From a bacterium (GTDB lineage Bacteria; Patescibacteriota; Minisyncoccia; Minisyncoccales; RBG-13-42-11), in assembly GCA_043817685.1 (NCBI GenBank), contig JBDRGQ010000016.1, positions 1 through 48,757 on the forward strand: DNA of 48,757 bases. The letters are read 5' to 3'. Made by a program: the position numbers and the translations under genes. A model generated the notes under the pieces. That model saw only the letters and a program-made list of their open reading frames with translations. It made no database searches and was not told the origin of the DNA. Below are positions 33,811 to 42,354 of this stretch, piece by piece (positions within the stretch are counted from its first letter, which is position 1; each line of letters begins with the position of its first letter).

Positions 33811-36800
33811 TTATGTTTCTATTATTTCTTCCACGTCTTCGCAAATTAATTTTAATATTCCGTCTTTGGAATCAATTCTTCCAGAAACCATGACTATTTT
33901 GTTTTCTTGGAAGGCAGTCGGTTTTCTTTCAATAATCCCTGGAAAGACTACAACTTCTATTTTATCGGTCAAGTCTTCAAGGTTAACGAAAAGCATTGGT
34001 TTGCCGGTTTTGGTTATTATTTTCTTTATTTTAGAAATTATCCCTCCTATTTTAACTTTTTGCCTGGTCGTTGTTGAGAGGCTTGATATTGCAGTAGACT
34101 TTTTATCCAATAATTTTTTAAAGCCTCTTAGGGGGTGGCTACTAACAAATAATCCCAATAAATCCTTCTCCCAAGCTAACATTTCTTTTTCTGTGGCAGG
34201 TTTGGCGTCTTCTAGCCTGATAGAAGAGTTTATCTTCATCTCATCGAAAAGTCCAGTTTGTCCATTATCTTTGCTTTTTTGGTTTTCTCTGGCGTATTCT
34301 AGAAGTCTCTCCATATTAACCAGCACTTTATTCCGTTCCTCCATCTTATCAAAAGCGCCGGATTTTATTAAGCTTTCTAAAGACTTTTTGTTCAGATCCT
34401 TGCTATTTACTCTGGAGACGAAATTCTCAATAGATTCGTAAACACCATTAGCTTTTCTTTCTTCCACTATGGTCTCCACAATTCCAGACCCCACATTTTT
34501 AATCGCTGACAGTCCGAATCTAACCTGGTTTTTCTTGGGGACAACGCTGAAAAAGGTAAAACTTTCGTTAACGTCCGGAGGTAATACTTCCAAACCCATT
34601 TTTTTACATTCTTGGATCAGTACGGATATTCTGTCTATATCATTCCTTTCAGAAGTTAATAAGGATGCCATGAATTCAGCAGGGAAGTGAGTTTTTAAAT
34701 AAGCTGTCTGGTAAGCAATAGTAGCATAAGCTGCAGCATGGGATCTATTGAATGAATAACTGGCAAAAGGCTCTATCCAGTTCCAGATTTGTTTTGCCAC
34801 GTTTTCACTTACGTCGTTTTTCTTCATCCCGGAAATAAACTTTTCTTTTTGATCCATTAAAAGTTTTTTAATTTTTTTTCCGATAGCTTTTCTCAATATA
34901 TCAGCTTCTGCCAAAGTAAAGCCTGCTAATTCCTGGGCTATTTTCATTATTTGTTCTTGGTAAATTGCAATTCCCTGGGTTTTTTCAAGAATAGATTTTA
35001 GTTTTGGGTGCAAATAGGTAACGGGCTGTTTTTTGTTCTTTCTGGCAATATAATCTGGGATAAGCTGCATAGGGCCTGGTCGGTAAAGAGCGACCATGGC
35101 AATTATATCTTCAAAATCGTTTGGTTTTAATTGTTTTAAATATCTTTGCATACCACCAGATTCCAATTGAAACACGCCAATTGTATCTCCTTTTTGAAGC
35201 ATTTTATAAGTATTTTTATCGTTGGGAGGAAGTTTTTCAATATCTACGTTAAACCCTTGGACTTTGTATATTCTGGCTAAGGTATCTTCTATAATAGTTA
35301 AGTTTTTTAATCCCAAAAAATCCATTTTTAAAAGCCCCAAGTCTTCAATAGAATGCATTTCATACTGGGTCACAATGGCATTGTCATCTTGAGTTGGGTG
35401 CTGAAGAGGCACTACCTCATCTAGGGGAGTATTGGATATTACAACTCCGCAAGCATGGGTGGAAGCATGTCTGGCTACTCCTTCCAGTTTTTTAGCAAAA
35501 TCAATAAGTGTTCTGGCTTGTTCGTCTGATTGATAGAGTTCTTTGAATTCTGGAACGGATTTCATTGTTTGATCTAAAGACATTCCAAAAGGAATCATTT
35601 TAGCTATCTGGTCGCAATAAGAATAGGTGTAGGCCAAAGCTCTTCCTACGTCTCTTATAGCGGCTCTGGCTGCCATAGTTCCGAAGGTTATTATCTGGGC
35701 CACTTTATCTCTTCCGTATTTTTCTGCAACGTACTGGATAACTTCATCTCTCCTTCTATCAGTGAAATCCAAATCAATATCTGGCATCGATATTCTGTCT
35801 GGGTTTAAAAATCTTTCAAAGAGGAGATTGTATTTTAAAGGGTCAATATTTGTGATTCCAATAAGGTAGGCGACCAAAGATCCTCCGACAGAACCTCTTC
35901 CCGGTCCCACAACGATCCTGTTCTGCTTTGCCCAGTTTACGAAATCCTGGACTATTAGAAAGTAGGAAGAGAATCCTGTTTGATTTATAACGGATAATTC
36001 GTAGTCCAGTCTTTCTTTAACCTCTTTATCCGGATTTTTATCATAACGTTTTTCAATTCCCTGGTAACAAAGTTCTTCTAAATATTTTTCTGGGGTTTGT
36101 CCATCAGGAGTTTTAAATAGCGGAAGTTTTGTAACTCCTAATTCTATTTGCAAGTCGCACATGTCTACTATTTTTTGGGTGTTCTCTATGGCTTCCGGGA
36201 ATTCTTTAAAAAGCTCTATCATATCTTCAGGACTTTTCATCGAAAAATCATCCGTAGTTAGACTGAGTCTTTCTGGGTCGTTTGGATCAGACCCAGTATT
36301 AATAAGCATTAAAATGTCTTGGGCTTGGGCATCTTCTTTTTTCAAATAATGGATGTCGTTGGTGGCTACCAAAGGTATTCCGTGTTTTTTGGATATTATT
36401 TGCATTCCCTCGTTGGCTTTTTTCTGTTCTGGAGAATTAGGATGGATTTGCATGTCCAAATAAAAATTACCGCTTCCGAAAATTTCCTGGTATTTTAATG
36501 CGGCTTTTTCCGCTTCCGCCATTTTGTTAGCTAATATCAATCTTGGAATTTTACCAGCCAGACAGGCGGATAATCCTATCAATCCTTCCGAGTATTTTTC
36601 CAGCAATTCTTCGTCTATCCTTGGCTTATAATAAAAACCCTCGAGGTGGGCTTTAGTTATTAGTTTAACCAGGTTTTTGTATCCTGTTTCGTTCTTGGCC
36701 AGTAATAATATATGGTATCTTTTGTCGTCTACGTTCGGACGTTTGTCCGTCATTTTGTCTAAGCTCTGGTATATTTCGCATCCTATTATAGGTTTTATTC

Positions 36801-36972
36801 CTTTTTCCTTGGCTTTTTTATAAAACTCTATGGCTCCATATATGTTTCCGTGGTCGGTCAGGGCTAGGGCTTCCATACCTAATTCTTTTGCTCTATCCAA
36901 AAGTTCGTCTATTTTAGCTAAACCATCCAAGAGGGAGTAGTGGCTGTGGACGTGTAAATGAGTAAACTTCAT
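33811..36972 (-). CDS. dnaE: DNA polymerase III alpha subunit
   Basis: PHP HLHVHSHYSLLDG, GPGRGS, MPDIDLDF, FNRSHA. Confidence 0.98.
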   Translation of the reverse strand: MKFTHLHVHSHYSLLDGLAKIDELLDRAKELGMEALALTDHGNIYGAIEFYKKAKEKGIKPIIGCEIYQSLDKMTDKRPNVDDKRYHILLLAKNETGYKNLVKLITKAHLEGFYYKPRIDEELLEKYSEGLIGLSACLAGKIPRLILANKMAEAEKAALKYQEIFGSGNFYLDMQIHPNSPEQKKANEGMQIISKKHGIPLVATNDIHYLKKEDAQAQDILMLINTGSDPNDPERLSLTTDDFSMKSPEDMIELFKEFPEAIENTQKIVDMCDLQIELGVTKLPLFKTPDGQTPEKYLEELCYQGIEKRYDKNPDKEVKERLDYELSVINQTGFSSYFLIVQDFVNWAKQNRIVVGPGRGSVGGSLVAYLIGITNIDPLKYNLLFERFLNPDRISMPDIDLDFTDRRRDEVIQYVAEKYGRDKVAQIITFGTMAARAAIRDVGRALAYTYSYCDQIAKMIPFGMSLDQTMKSVPEFKELYQSDEQARTLIDFAKKLEGVARHASTHACGVVISNTPLDEVVPLQHPTQDDNAIVTQYEMHSIEDLGLLKMDFLGLKNLTIIEDTLARIYKVQGFNVDIEKLPPNDKNTYKMLQKGDTIGVFQLESGGMQRYLKQLKPNDFEDIIAMVALYRPGPMQLIPDYIARKNKKQPVTYLHPKLKSILEKTQGIAIYQEQIMKIAQELAGFTLAEADILRKAIGKKIKKLLMDQKEKFISGMKKNDVSENVAKQIWNWIEPFASYSFNRSHAAAYATIAYQTAYLKTHFPAEFMASLLTSERNDIDRISVLIQECKKMGLEVLPPDVNESFTFFSVVPKKNQVRFGLSAIKNVGSGIVETIVEERKANGVYESIENFVSRVNSKDLNKKSLESLIKSGAFDKMEERNKVLVNMERLLEYARENQKSKDNGQTGLFDEMKINSSIRLEDAKPATEKEMLAWEKDLLGLFVSSHPLRGFKKLLDKKSTAISSLSTTTRQKVKIGGIISKIKKIITKTGKPMLFVNLEDLTDKIEVVVFPGIIERKPTAFQENKIVMVSGRIDSKDGILKLICEDVEEIIET

Positions 36973-36991
36973 AGTATTATGTAAGTATAGT

Positions 36992-37612
36992 ATGCGACAA
37001 TCAATTTTTCAAGAAGAGAAAAAAATAAGAAAATTAGGGTTTAAAAAAGTAATTGGATTGGATGAAGCTGGAAGAGGGCCTTTGGCAGGTCCAGTGGTTG
37101 CTGCTGCAGTAATGGTGAAAACCCACAAACAGAAAATGTTTTTCCCCGGAATTAACGATTCAAAAAAAATGAATCCAAAAAATAGGGAAAAGATTTTTAA
37201 GCTCCTGATAAATCATTCTAATATTAAATGGGGAATTGGGAAAGTGTCAGAAAGGGTGATAGATAAAATAAATATTTTAAAAGCCACAAAATTGGCAATG
37301 AAAAGAGCGATAAAGAATATGAAAACAAAACCTGATTTTTTAATTCTGGATGGTAATTTTAAAATAGATTCTGACTTACCTCAAAAACCAATTGTTAAAG
37401 CGGATGAAAAAGTTTTTTCCTGTATGGCAGCTGGTATAATAGCTAAGGTTGTCAGAGACAGGATAATGAAAAAATATCATAGAAAGTTTCCCTTGTACGG
37501 ATTCGATAAACATAAGGGCTATCCGACGAAATACCATTTTTCAATCATAAATAAGAACGGTATATGTAAAATACACAGAAAGTCTTTTTCTCTATTGAAA
37601 AAAAACCGATAA
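36992..37612 (+). CDS. rnhB: Ribonuclease HII
   Basis: GLDEAGRGPLAGPV, DSKK, HKGYPT. Confidence 0.97.
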   Translation: MRQSIFQEEKKIRKLGFKKVIGLDEAGRGPLAGPVVAAAVMVKTHKQKMFFPGINDSKKMNPKNREKIFKLLINHSNIKWGIGKVSERVIDKINILKATKLAMKRAIKNMKTKPDFLILDGNFKIDSDLPQKPIVKADEKVFSCMAAGIIAKVVRDRIMKKYHRKFPLYGFDKHKGYPTKYHFSIINKNGICKIHRKSFSLLKKNR

Positions 37613-37632
37613 TCTGATAGGATGTATTTATT

Positions 37633-37917
37633 ATGGCAGTACCGAAACAAAAACACACAAAATCAAGACGCAATAAAAGAAGGAGCCAGATTTTTTTAAA
37701 GACTGCAACCCTTACTGTTTGTCCAAAGTGTAGAAAGCCTGTTTTACCTCATACGGTTTGCAAAAACTGCGGTTATTACAAAGGGACGGAAGCCATAGAT
37801 GTAATGAAGAAATTGAGCAAAAAGGAAAAAAAGTTAAAAGAAAAAGAATTAGCTTCGAAAGAAGCGGAAGATAAAAAAGGAAAAGATTTAAATCTTCAAA
37901 ATTTGTCAAAAAAATAA
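37633..37917 (+). CDS. rpmF: 50S ribosomal protein L32 with C-terminal extension
   Basis: MAVPK, CPKC...CKNCGYY. Confidence 0.96.
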   Translation: MAVPKQKHTKSRRNKRRSQIFLKTATLTVCPKCRKPVLPHTVCKNCGYYKGTEAIDVMKKLSKKEKKLKEKELASKEAEDKKGKDLNLQNLSKK

Positions 37918-37920
37918 GAA

Positions 37921-37961
37921 CTTTTAATATTGAAAATGTAGATGAATTTTAAATTCATCGT
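37921..37961 (+). repeat. Possible degenerate two-hairpin element upstream of nusB
   Basis: AT-rich hairpin followed by GATGAA ttttaaa TTCATC G, which resembles stem 2 of the family. Confidence 0.35.
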
Positions 37962-37978
37962 ATACAGATTCTTAATAT

Positions 37979-38437
37979 ATGGCATCACGTCATTTATCAA
38001 GATCCATATCCATGCAGAGCCTGTATGAATGGGATTTCGGAGACAGAAAGGGGGATTTGGAAAAAATAACAGAAAAGAACGTAAAGGAATTCGGTCCTGG
38101 CCTAGGGGACCAGAGTTTAGTCTGGCAGATAATAACAGGAGTTATAAAGCATTTTCCCCAATTGAATAAGATTATCGAAAAAGCAGCTCCTGAATGGCCA
38201 ATAGACCAGATTACAATTGTAGATAGGAATATTTTAAGAATAGGACTTTATGAATTGCTTTATGCCAATAAAGACGAAGTTCCTCCTAAAGTAGCTATTA
38301 ATGAAGCAATAGAATTGGCGAAGTCTTTCGGGGGAGAAAGTTCAGGAAGGTTTGTTAACGGAGTATTGGGGACAGTTTATAAAGAACTCGGAAATAAAGA
38401 ACCAAAAGAAGAAAAAGTCGAAGAAAATAAAAAATAA
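37979..38437 (+). CDS. nusB: Antitermination factor NusB
   Basis: [27 protein letters not shown]. Confidence 0.97.
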   Translation: MASRHLSRSISMQSLYEWDFGDRKGDLEKITEKNVKEFGPGLGDQSLVWQIITGVIKHFPQLNKIIEKAAPEWPIDQITIVDRNILRIGLYELLYANKDEVPPKVAINEAIELAKSFGGESSGRFVNGVLGTVYKELGNKEPKEEKVEENKK

Positions 38438-38504
38438 TTTGTTGGATTATTACCTCGTTATCTTATTTTGCAAGGTAACCGGATAATAAACTGACAACAA
38501 AAAG

Positions 38505-39188
38505 TTGAAAGAGTTTAAAAATTTAGAAAAGAAACTAGGGATAAAATTCAAAAAAAAGGATCTGTTGGCCCAAGCTTTCTGTCACAGGTCTTACCTTAAT
38601 GAGAATCCAGATTGTAAATTGGATAATAACGAAAGATTAGAATTCTTAGGGGATGCAGTGATAGAGCTTATAGTTACAGAATTCCTTTTTAAAAAATATC
38701 TTGATAAGCCGGAAGGAGAATTAACCAGTTGGAGAGCCTCTTTGGTCAATGCCAAAAAACTTTTAGAAATGGCTTCAAAATTAGGATTCAACGATTATTT
38801 GTTGCTTTCTAAGGGAGAGGCCAAAGAAATGGGAAAAGCCAGACAGTATATTCTAGCTAATACATTTGAATCTTTTGTCGGGGCAGCTTATTTGGACAAA
38901 GGATATAAAGTTTGCGAGCAATTCATTAAAAAACATTTATTGTCAGAGCTCCCAGAAATTATTGAGAAAGGACTGTACCGAGATAGCAAATCTTTTTTCC
39001 AAGAAAAAGCCCAGGGGAAAACAGGCATTACCCCGATATACAAAATATTAAGGGAATCCGGTCCTGATCACGCTAAACACTTTACTGTTGGCGTTTTTCT
39101 TGATAAAAAGCTGATAGCCGAAGGATCAGGCTCTTCCAAACAGGAAGCAGAGGAATCAGCCGCAAAAAAAGCATTATATAAAAAATAA
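38505..39188 (+). CDS. rnc: Ribonuclease III (TTG start)
   Basis: NERLEFLGDAV, dsRBD with GPDH and SKQEAE. Confidence 0.97.
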   Translation: MKEFKNLEKKLGIKFKKKDLLAQAFCHRSYLNENPDCKLDNNERLEFLGDAVIELIVTEFLFKKYLDKPEGELTSWRASLVNAKKLLEMASKLGFNDYLLLSKGEAKEMGKARQYILANTFESFVGAAYLDKGYKVCEQFIKKHLLSELPEIIEKGLYRDSKSFFQEKAQGKTGITPIYKILRESGPDHAKHFTVGVFLDKKLIAEGSGSSKQEAEESAAKKALYKK

Positions 39189-39189
39189 T

Positions 39190-39708
39190 ATGTTAGTAAT
39201 AAGATTTTTCAGAACAGGAAAAAAAAACCAACCATCTTTCAAGATAGTTGTAACGGAAAAAACAAACTCTTCTACAAGAGGTCGTTTTATCGAACAGGTC
39301 GGTACTTATAATCCAACGACGAAAGAAAAGACCTTAAATGTAGAAAGAGTCAAATATTGGATTGGAGTAGGAGCTCAGCCCTCTGAAACAGTCCACAATT
39401 TATTGGTTTCAGAAAAGGTGATAGAAGGAAAGAAAATAGACTTGCACAAAAAATCAAAGAAAGAAGCTCCGAAAGAAGAAATAAAACCAAAAGGAGAAGA
39501 AACTCCGGTAGCGGAACCTGCTAAAGAAGAACAATCTGCCGGGGAAGAAAAACCTGCAGAAGAGAAAAAACCAGAATCTGGAAAACCAACAGAAGAAGCT
39601 CTGGCAGAGAAACCTACTAAACTAACGGAAAAAAAGCAACCCGAAGAAGTTCTTCAAGAAGAATCAAAGCCGGAAAAAAAATCTGAGAAAACTCTAAAAA
39701 CTGAATAA
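39190..39708 (+). CDS. rpsP: 30S ribosomal protein S16 with long E/K/P-rich tail
   Basis: RTGKKNQP, GTYNP, GAQPSETV. Confidence 0.95.
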   Translation: MLVIRFFRTGKKNQPSFKIVVTEKTNSSTRGRFIEQVGTYNPTTKEKTLNVERVKYWIGVGAQPSETVHNLLVSEKVIEGKKIDLHKKSKKEAPKEEIKPKGEETPVAEPAKEEQSAGEEKPAEEKKPESGKPTEEALAEKPTKLTEKKQPEEVLQEESKPEKKSEKTLKTE

Positions 39709-39719
39709 ACTTTCTCCCA

Positions 39720-39747
39720 TTGACAAATTAGAAATATACGATATAAT
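39720..39747 (+). promoter_or_regulatory. Promoter of three-ORF island
   Basis: TTGACA-N16-TATAAT. Confidence 0.8.
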
Positions 39748-39756
39748 AAAGTCATA

Positions 39757-39770
39757 AAAGAGGAGAGAAT
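39757..39770 (+). repeat. Left arm of 14-bp inverted repeat bracketing the island
   Basis: AAAGAGGAGAGAAT is the exact reverse complement of 40896-40909. Confidence 0.8.
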
Positions 39771-39887
39771 CTTTTTAAAAATATGACCAGACGGTTCTCT
39801 CTAAGAGACCGCCTGTTTGTTTATAAAAAAACCGAGCGTTAGCTCGTTAAAATATATATATTATTTTAAAGGAAGGAGGTCACGAGC

Positions 39888-40172
39888 ATGCATAATTCTG
39901 TGAAGAAGAGACCATTGTGCGAGCTCACGGCCTGGGCGAATCCTTTGCTAGATATAGATGAAGGGCGTAAAAACAATCGTAAAAAATTCATCGATATCGC
40001 AGCAAAAGAAAGTCCCAGTAAAACCTTTGAGCTAGTTGCGGCCATGGCTTATAATTACGGCTTTGGCCCTGAATTGGTCCAAAAGGTGGCCCGAGCTGCA
40101 CGCTGGCTGGCTATTATCCTTAGGGATTACGGTCAGGCAGAATTTGACAAGCTTACAGAAGGAAAAAGGTAA
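39888..40172 (+). CDS. Hypothetical protein (94 aa)
   Basis: SD AAGGAGGT at 39873-39880. Confidence 0.65.
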   Translation: MHNSVKKRPLCELTAWANPLLDIDEGRKNNRKKFIDIAAKESPSKTFELVAAMAYNYGFGPELVQKVARAARWLAIILRDYGQAEFDKLTEGKR

Positions 40173-40229
40173 TCTAGTTCACGTCCACAGAGAATCTGGA
40201 TTTATCTCTACGGACACGAAAGGAGTATA

Positions 40230-40406
40230 ATGAGAGGGTTACGTAAGGGAGAAAAAGAAAATCTCAGAAAGTCCATGGAAATATTAAAGAAAAGCAATAT
40301 TGTAGCTTTTAGTCCTGATGGTCGCCCAATATCCAGGCGGGAAATGGAAGAAATCATAAAAGAAGATCCTCACAAGAGATGGGATAATTGTGGAACACAA
40401 CTTTAA
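40230..40406 (+). CDS. Small hypothetical protein (58 aa, not in ORF track)
   Basis: SD AAGGAG at 40220-40225; MRGLRKGEKENLRKSMEILKKSNIVAFSPDGRPISRREMEEIIKEDPHKRWDNCGTQL; flanked by hairpins. Confidence 0.6.
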   Translation: MRGLRKGEKENLRKSMEILKKSNIVAFSPDGRPISRREMEEIIKEDPHKRWDNCGTQL

Positions 40407-40532
40407 TCCCTGAATCCTTCCTAGGGAAACTGATTTTCTAATTACCTCAGTTTCCCTCCACCCCTTAATCTGTAAACGATTTATGGGTTAAGGAGTGTAA
40501 TTAAGAATTTACAATACAAAAGGAGGTTGGTA

Positions 40533-40850
40533 ATGACTACGTTTGAAGTCAACCAAGAAGCGGTTAAATTGGCTAACGAATTGTTAGGAATAGGCAGAAT
40601 ATACATCGGAATTTCTAGATTTTCTCTTCTTAGTTTTTCCAAAAAAATGGGAAAACTAAAGAATGGAGAAATTCATGCTGGAGATATGATATTGCCTTTA
40701 ATTTCTAAACTGCGTAAAAAAATACGCAACTCCGAAAGACTTCATGATATGGATAAAGATCGCTATCTTTTCATTATTGAGAGGATAGAAAGAGAGTATT
40801 ATCAATCTCTCAGCACCAAACATTTAGTCAATCAGGGGAGGGGAATTTAA
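40533..40850 (+). CDS. Hypothetical protein (105 aa)
   Basis: SD AAGGAGGT at 40520-40527 supports ATG 40533. Confidence 0.65.
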   Translation: MTTFEVNQEAVKLANELLGIGRIYIGISRFSLLSFSKKMGKLKNGEIHAGDMILPLISKLRKKIRNSERLHDMDKDRYLFIIERIEREYYQSLSTKHLVNQGRGI

Positions 40851-40868
40851 AAATAATAATCCTCCCCT

Positions 40869-40926
40869 CCAACCACTTGCCAAGGAAAAAGATATATTCT
40901 CTCCTCTTTCCTTGGTAGCTGGTTGG
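40869..40926. other. Large hairpin ending the island; contains right arm of the inverted repeat (40896-40909)
   Basis: CCAACCA-c-TTGCCAAGGAAA / TTTCCTTGGTAG-c-TGGTTGG. Confidence 0.75.
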
Positions 40927-40928
40927 CA

Positions 40929-40957
40929 TTGACACAGCATTGTAATTTTTCTAAAAT
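40929..40957 (+). promoter_or_regulatory. Promoter of khpA
   Basis: TTGACA-N17-TAAAAT. Confidence 0.7.
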
Positions 40958-41046
40958 ATTGAGTGTAGTAGCTCTTAGGTTCTCCTAAGTTTGAGGGAAT
41001 CCTGAAAGGTCGCAGCTACTTAGATAGACTAAACTAGCAGAATATT

Positions 41047-41370
41047 ATGGCAGATAAAACACCTACTGATCAAGAACTGTTAGAGTACATTGTGAAAGCT
41101 TTAGTCGATCATCCTGAAGATGTCAAAGTTGACCGCAAGGTTGACGAAATGGGAGTTTTACTGACTTTGAAGGTAAATTCCGAAGACATGGGTCAGATAA
41201 TCGGAAGAGCTGGATCAACCGCCAGATCTATTAGAAATTTGGTGCGAATCTCAGGTCTTAAGAATCACGCTAGAGTGAACTTAAAGATTGAAGAGCCCGA
41301 AGGCGGAAGAGGACCAAGAATTCAAAGACCCGCCGAAGGCGCAGAAAGTCTTGATGACTTAAAACTCTAA
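41047..41370 (+). CDS. khpA: KH-domain RNA-binding protein KhpA
   Basis: LVDHPEDV, DMGQIIGRAG; located between rpsP and trmD. Confidence 0.92.
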   Translation: MADKTPTDQELLEYIVKALVDHPEDVKVDRKVDEMGVLLTLKVNSEDMGQIIGRAGSTARSIRNLVRISGLKNHARVNLKIEEPEGGRGPRIQRPAEGAESLDDLKL

Positions 41371-41386
41371 AAATATTAGTTGACAC

Positions 41387-41440
41387 ACCAAACTTCCAAA
41401 GGAAGTGTAGGTGAAAAAGAGGATTTGTCCTCTTTGACTA
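41387..41440 (+). repeat. Two-hairpin REP-like element, copy D
   Basis: ACCAA ACTTCC aaa GGAAGT GTAGGTGAA AAAGAGGA tttg TCCTCTTT GACTA. Confidence 0.75.
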
Positions 41441-41442
41441 AG

Positions 41443-41483
41443 AGAAAGACAGTGTTATCATTAATGAAACACTGTTTTTCTTT
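41443..41483 (+). terminator. Long hairpin, probable terminator after khpA
   Basis: AGAAAGACAGTGTT...AACACTGTTTTTCT plus T-run. Confidence 0.6.
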
Positions 41484-41535
41484 GCCGATTTTGTTCAAAA
41501 AAGGAGGCGAGAAAAGAGATATTCCTCTTTGACTA
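41484..41535 (+). repeat. Two-hairpin REP-like element, copy E
   Basis: GCCGA TTTTG tt CAAAA aag GAGGCGAGA AAAGAG atattc CTCTTT GACT-ATG. Confidence 0.7.
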
Positions 41536-42197
41536 TGTTGAAATTCGACATAATTACAATTTTCCCCAAGATATTTGATTCTTATTTAAAAGAGACGTTT
41601 ATTAAAAAATCCCAGGATAAGAAATTGATCAAAATAAACGTTCATAATCTTAGGGATTATACAAAAGATAAGCATAAAAAGGTGGATGAAAAACCTTTTG
41701 GTGGAGGATTGGGCATGGTTTTGAAAGTAGAACCTATTTTTAGAGCTGTTAAAAAGATTAAAAAAGGAAATAAATCTAAAGTAATATTATTTACCCCAAG
41801 AGGGAAAGAGTTTAACCAAAAAACAGCTTATGAATTATCTGAATACAGTCAATTAATAATGATTTGCGGAAGGTATGAAGGAGTGGATGAAAGAGTGGCA
41901 AAACATATAGCAGATATTGAATTGTCCATTGGGAAGTATGATCTAATGGGAGGAGAACTGCCTGCCATGGTATTAATGGAAACTGTTACAAGATTAATCC
42001 CAGAAGCCATAGGGAAAGACAAGTTTTTGAAGGAAAGGATAACTAAAAACAAGGGCTTTATGGAATATCCTCAATATACTAGGCCAGAAGTGTTTGAACC
42101 TAAAAAGGGGACTAAATGGAAAACGCCAAAAGAGCTCATTTCTGGCAATCATAAAGAGATAGAAAAATGGAGAGAAAAGAGGGGTAAAGAGATTTGA
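41535..42197 (+). CDS. trmD: tRNA (guanine-N1)-methyltransferase
   Basis: FDIITIFP, PFGGGLGMV, CGRYEGVDER, GGELPA, YPQYTRP. Confidence 0.97.
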   Translation: MLKFDIITIFPKIFDSYLKETFIKKSQDKKLIKINVHNLRDYTKDKHKKVDEKPFGGGLGMVLKVEPIFRAVKKIKKGNKSKVILFTPRGKEFNQKTAYELSEYSQLIMICGRYEGVDERVAKHIADIELSIGKYDLMGGELPAMVLMETVTRLIPEAIGKDKFLKERITKNKGFMEYPQYTRPEVFEPKKGTKWKTPKELISGNHKEIEKWREKRGKEI

Positions 42198-42231
42198 AAA
42201 ATAACTAAAAATAGTATAGAATATCAATGTT

Positions 42232-42314
42232 GGGCAGATGGCAGAGCGGTCAAATGCATCAGACTGTAAATCTGACGACTTCGGTCTACGGGGGTTCGAA
42301 TCCCTCTCTGCCCA
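42232..42314 (+). tRNA. tRNA-Tyr(GTA)
   Basis: GGGCAGA/TCTGCCC acceptor stem, TCAGA-CTGTAAA-TCTGA, long variable arm; promoter TTGAAA-N17-TAGAAT at 42194-42222. Confidence 0.96.
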
Positions 42315-42354
42315 CATAAGTTTTTTAATATCTTTTGATATTCCAAAAATTATT

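Noticed and set aside
39450-39705. Repetitive E/K/P tail of S16 as a repeat element
   Set aside because: Low-complexity protein extension, common in S16; no exact DNA repeat unit
40036-40230. 64-aa ORF overlapping 39888-40172
   Set aside because: TTG start without SD, overlaps a better-supported ORF and an intergenic hairpin
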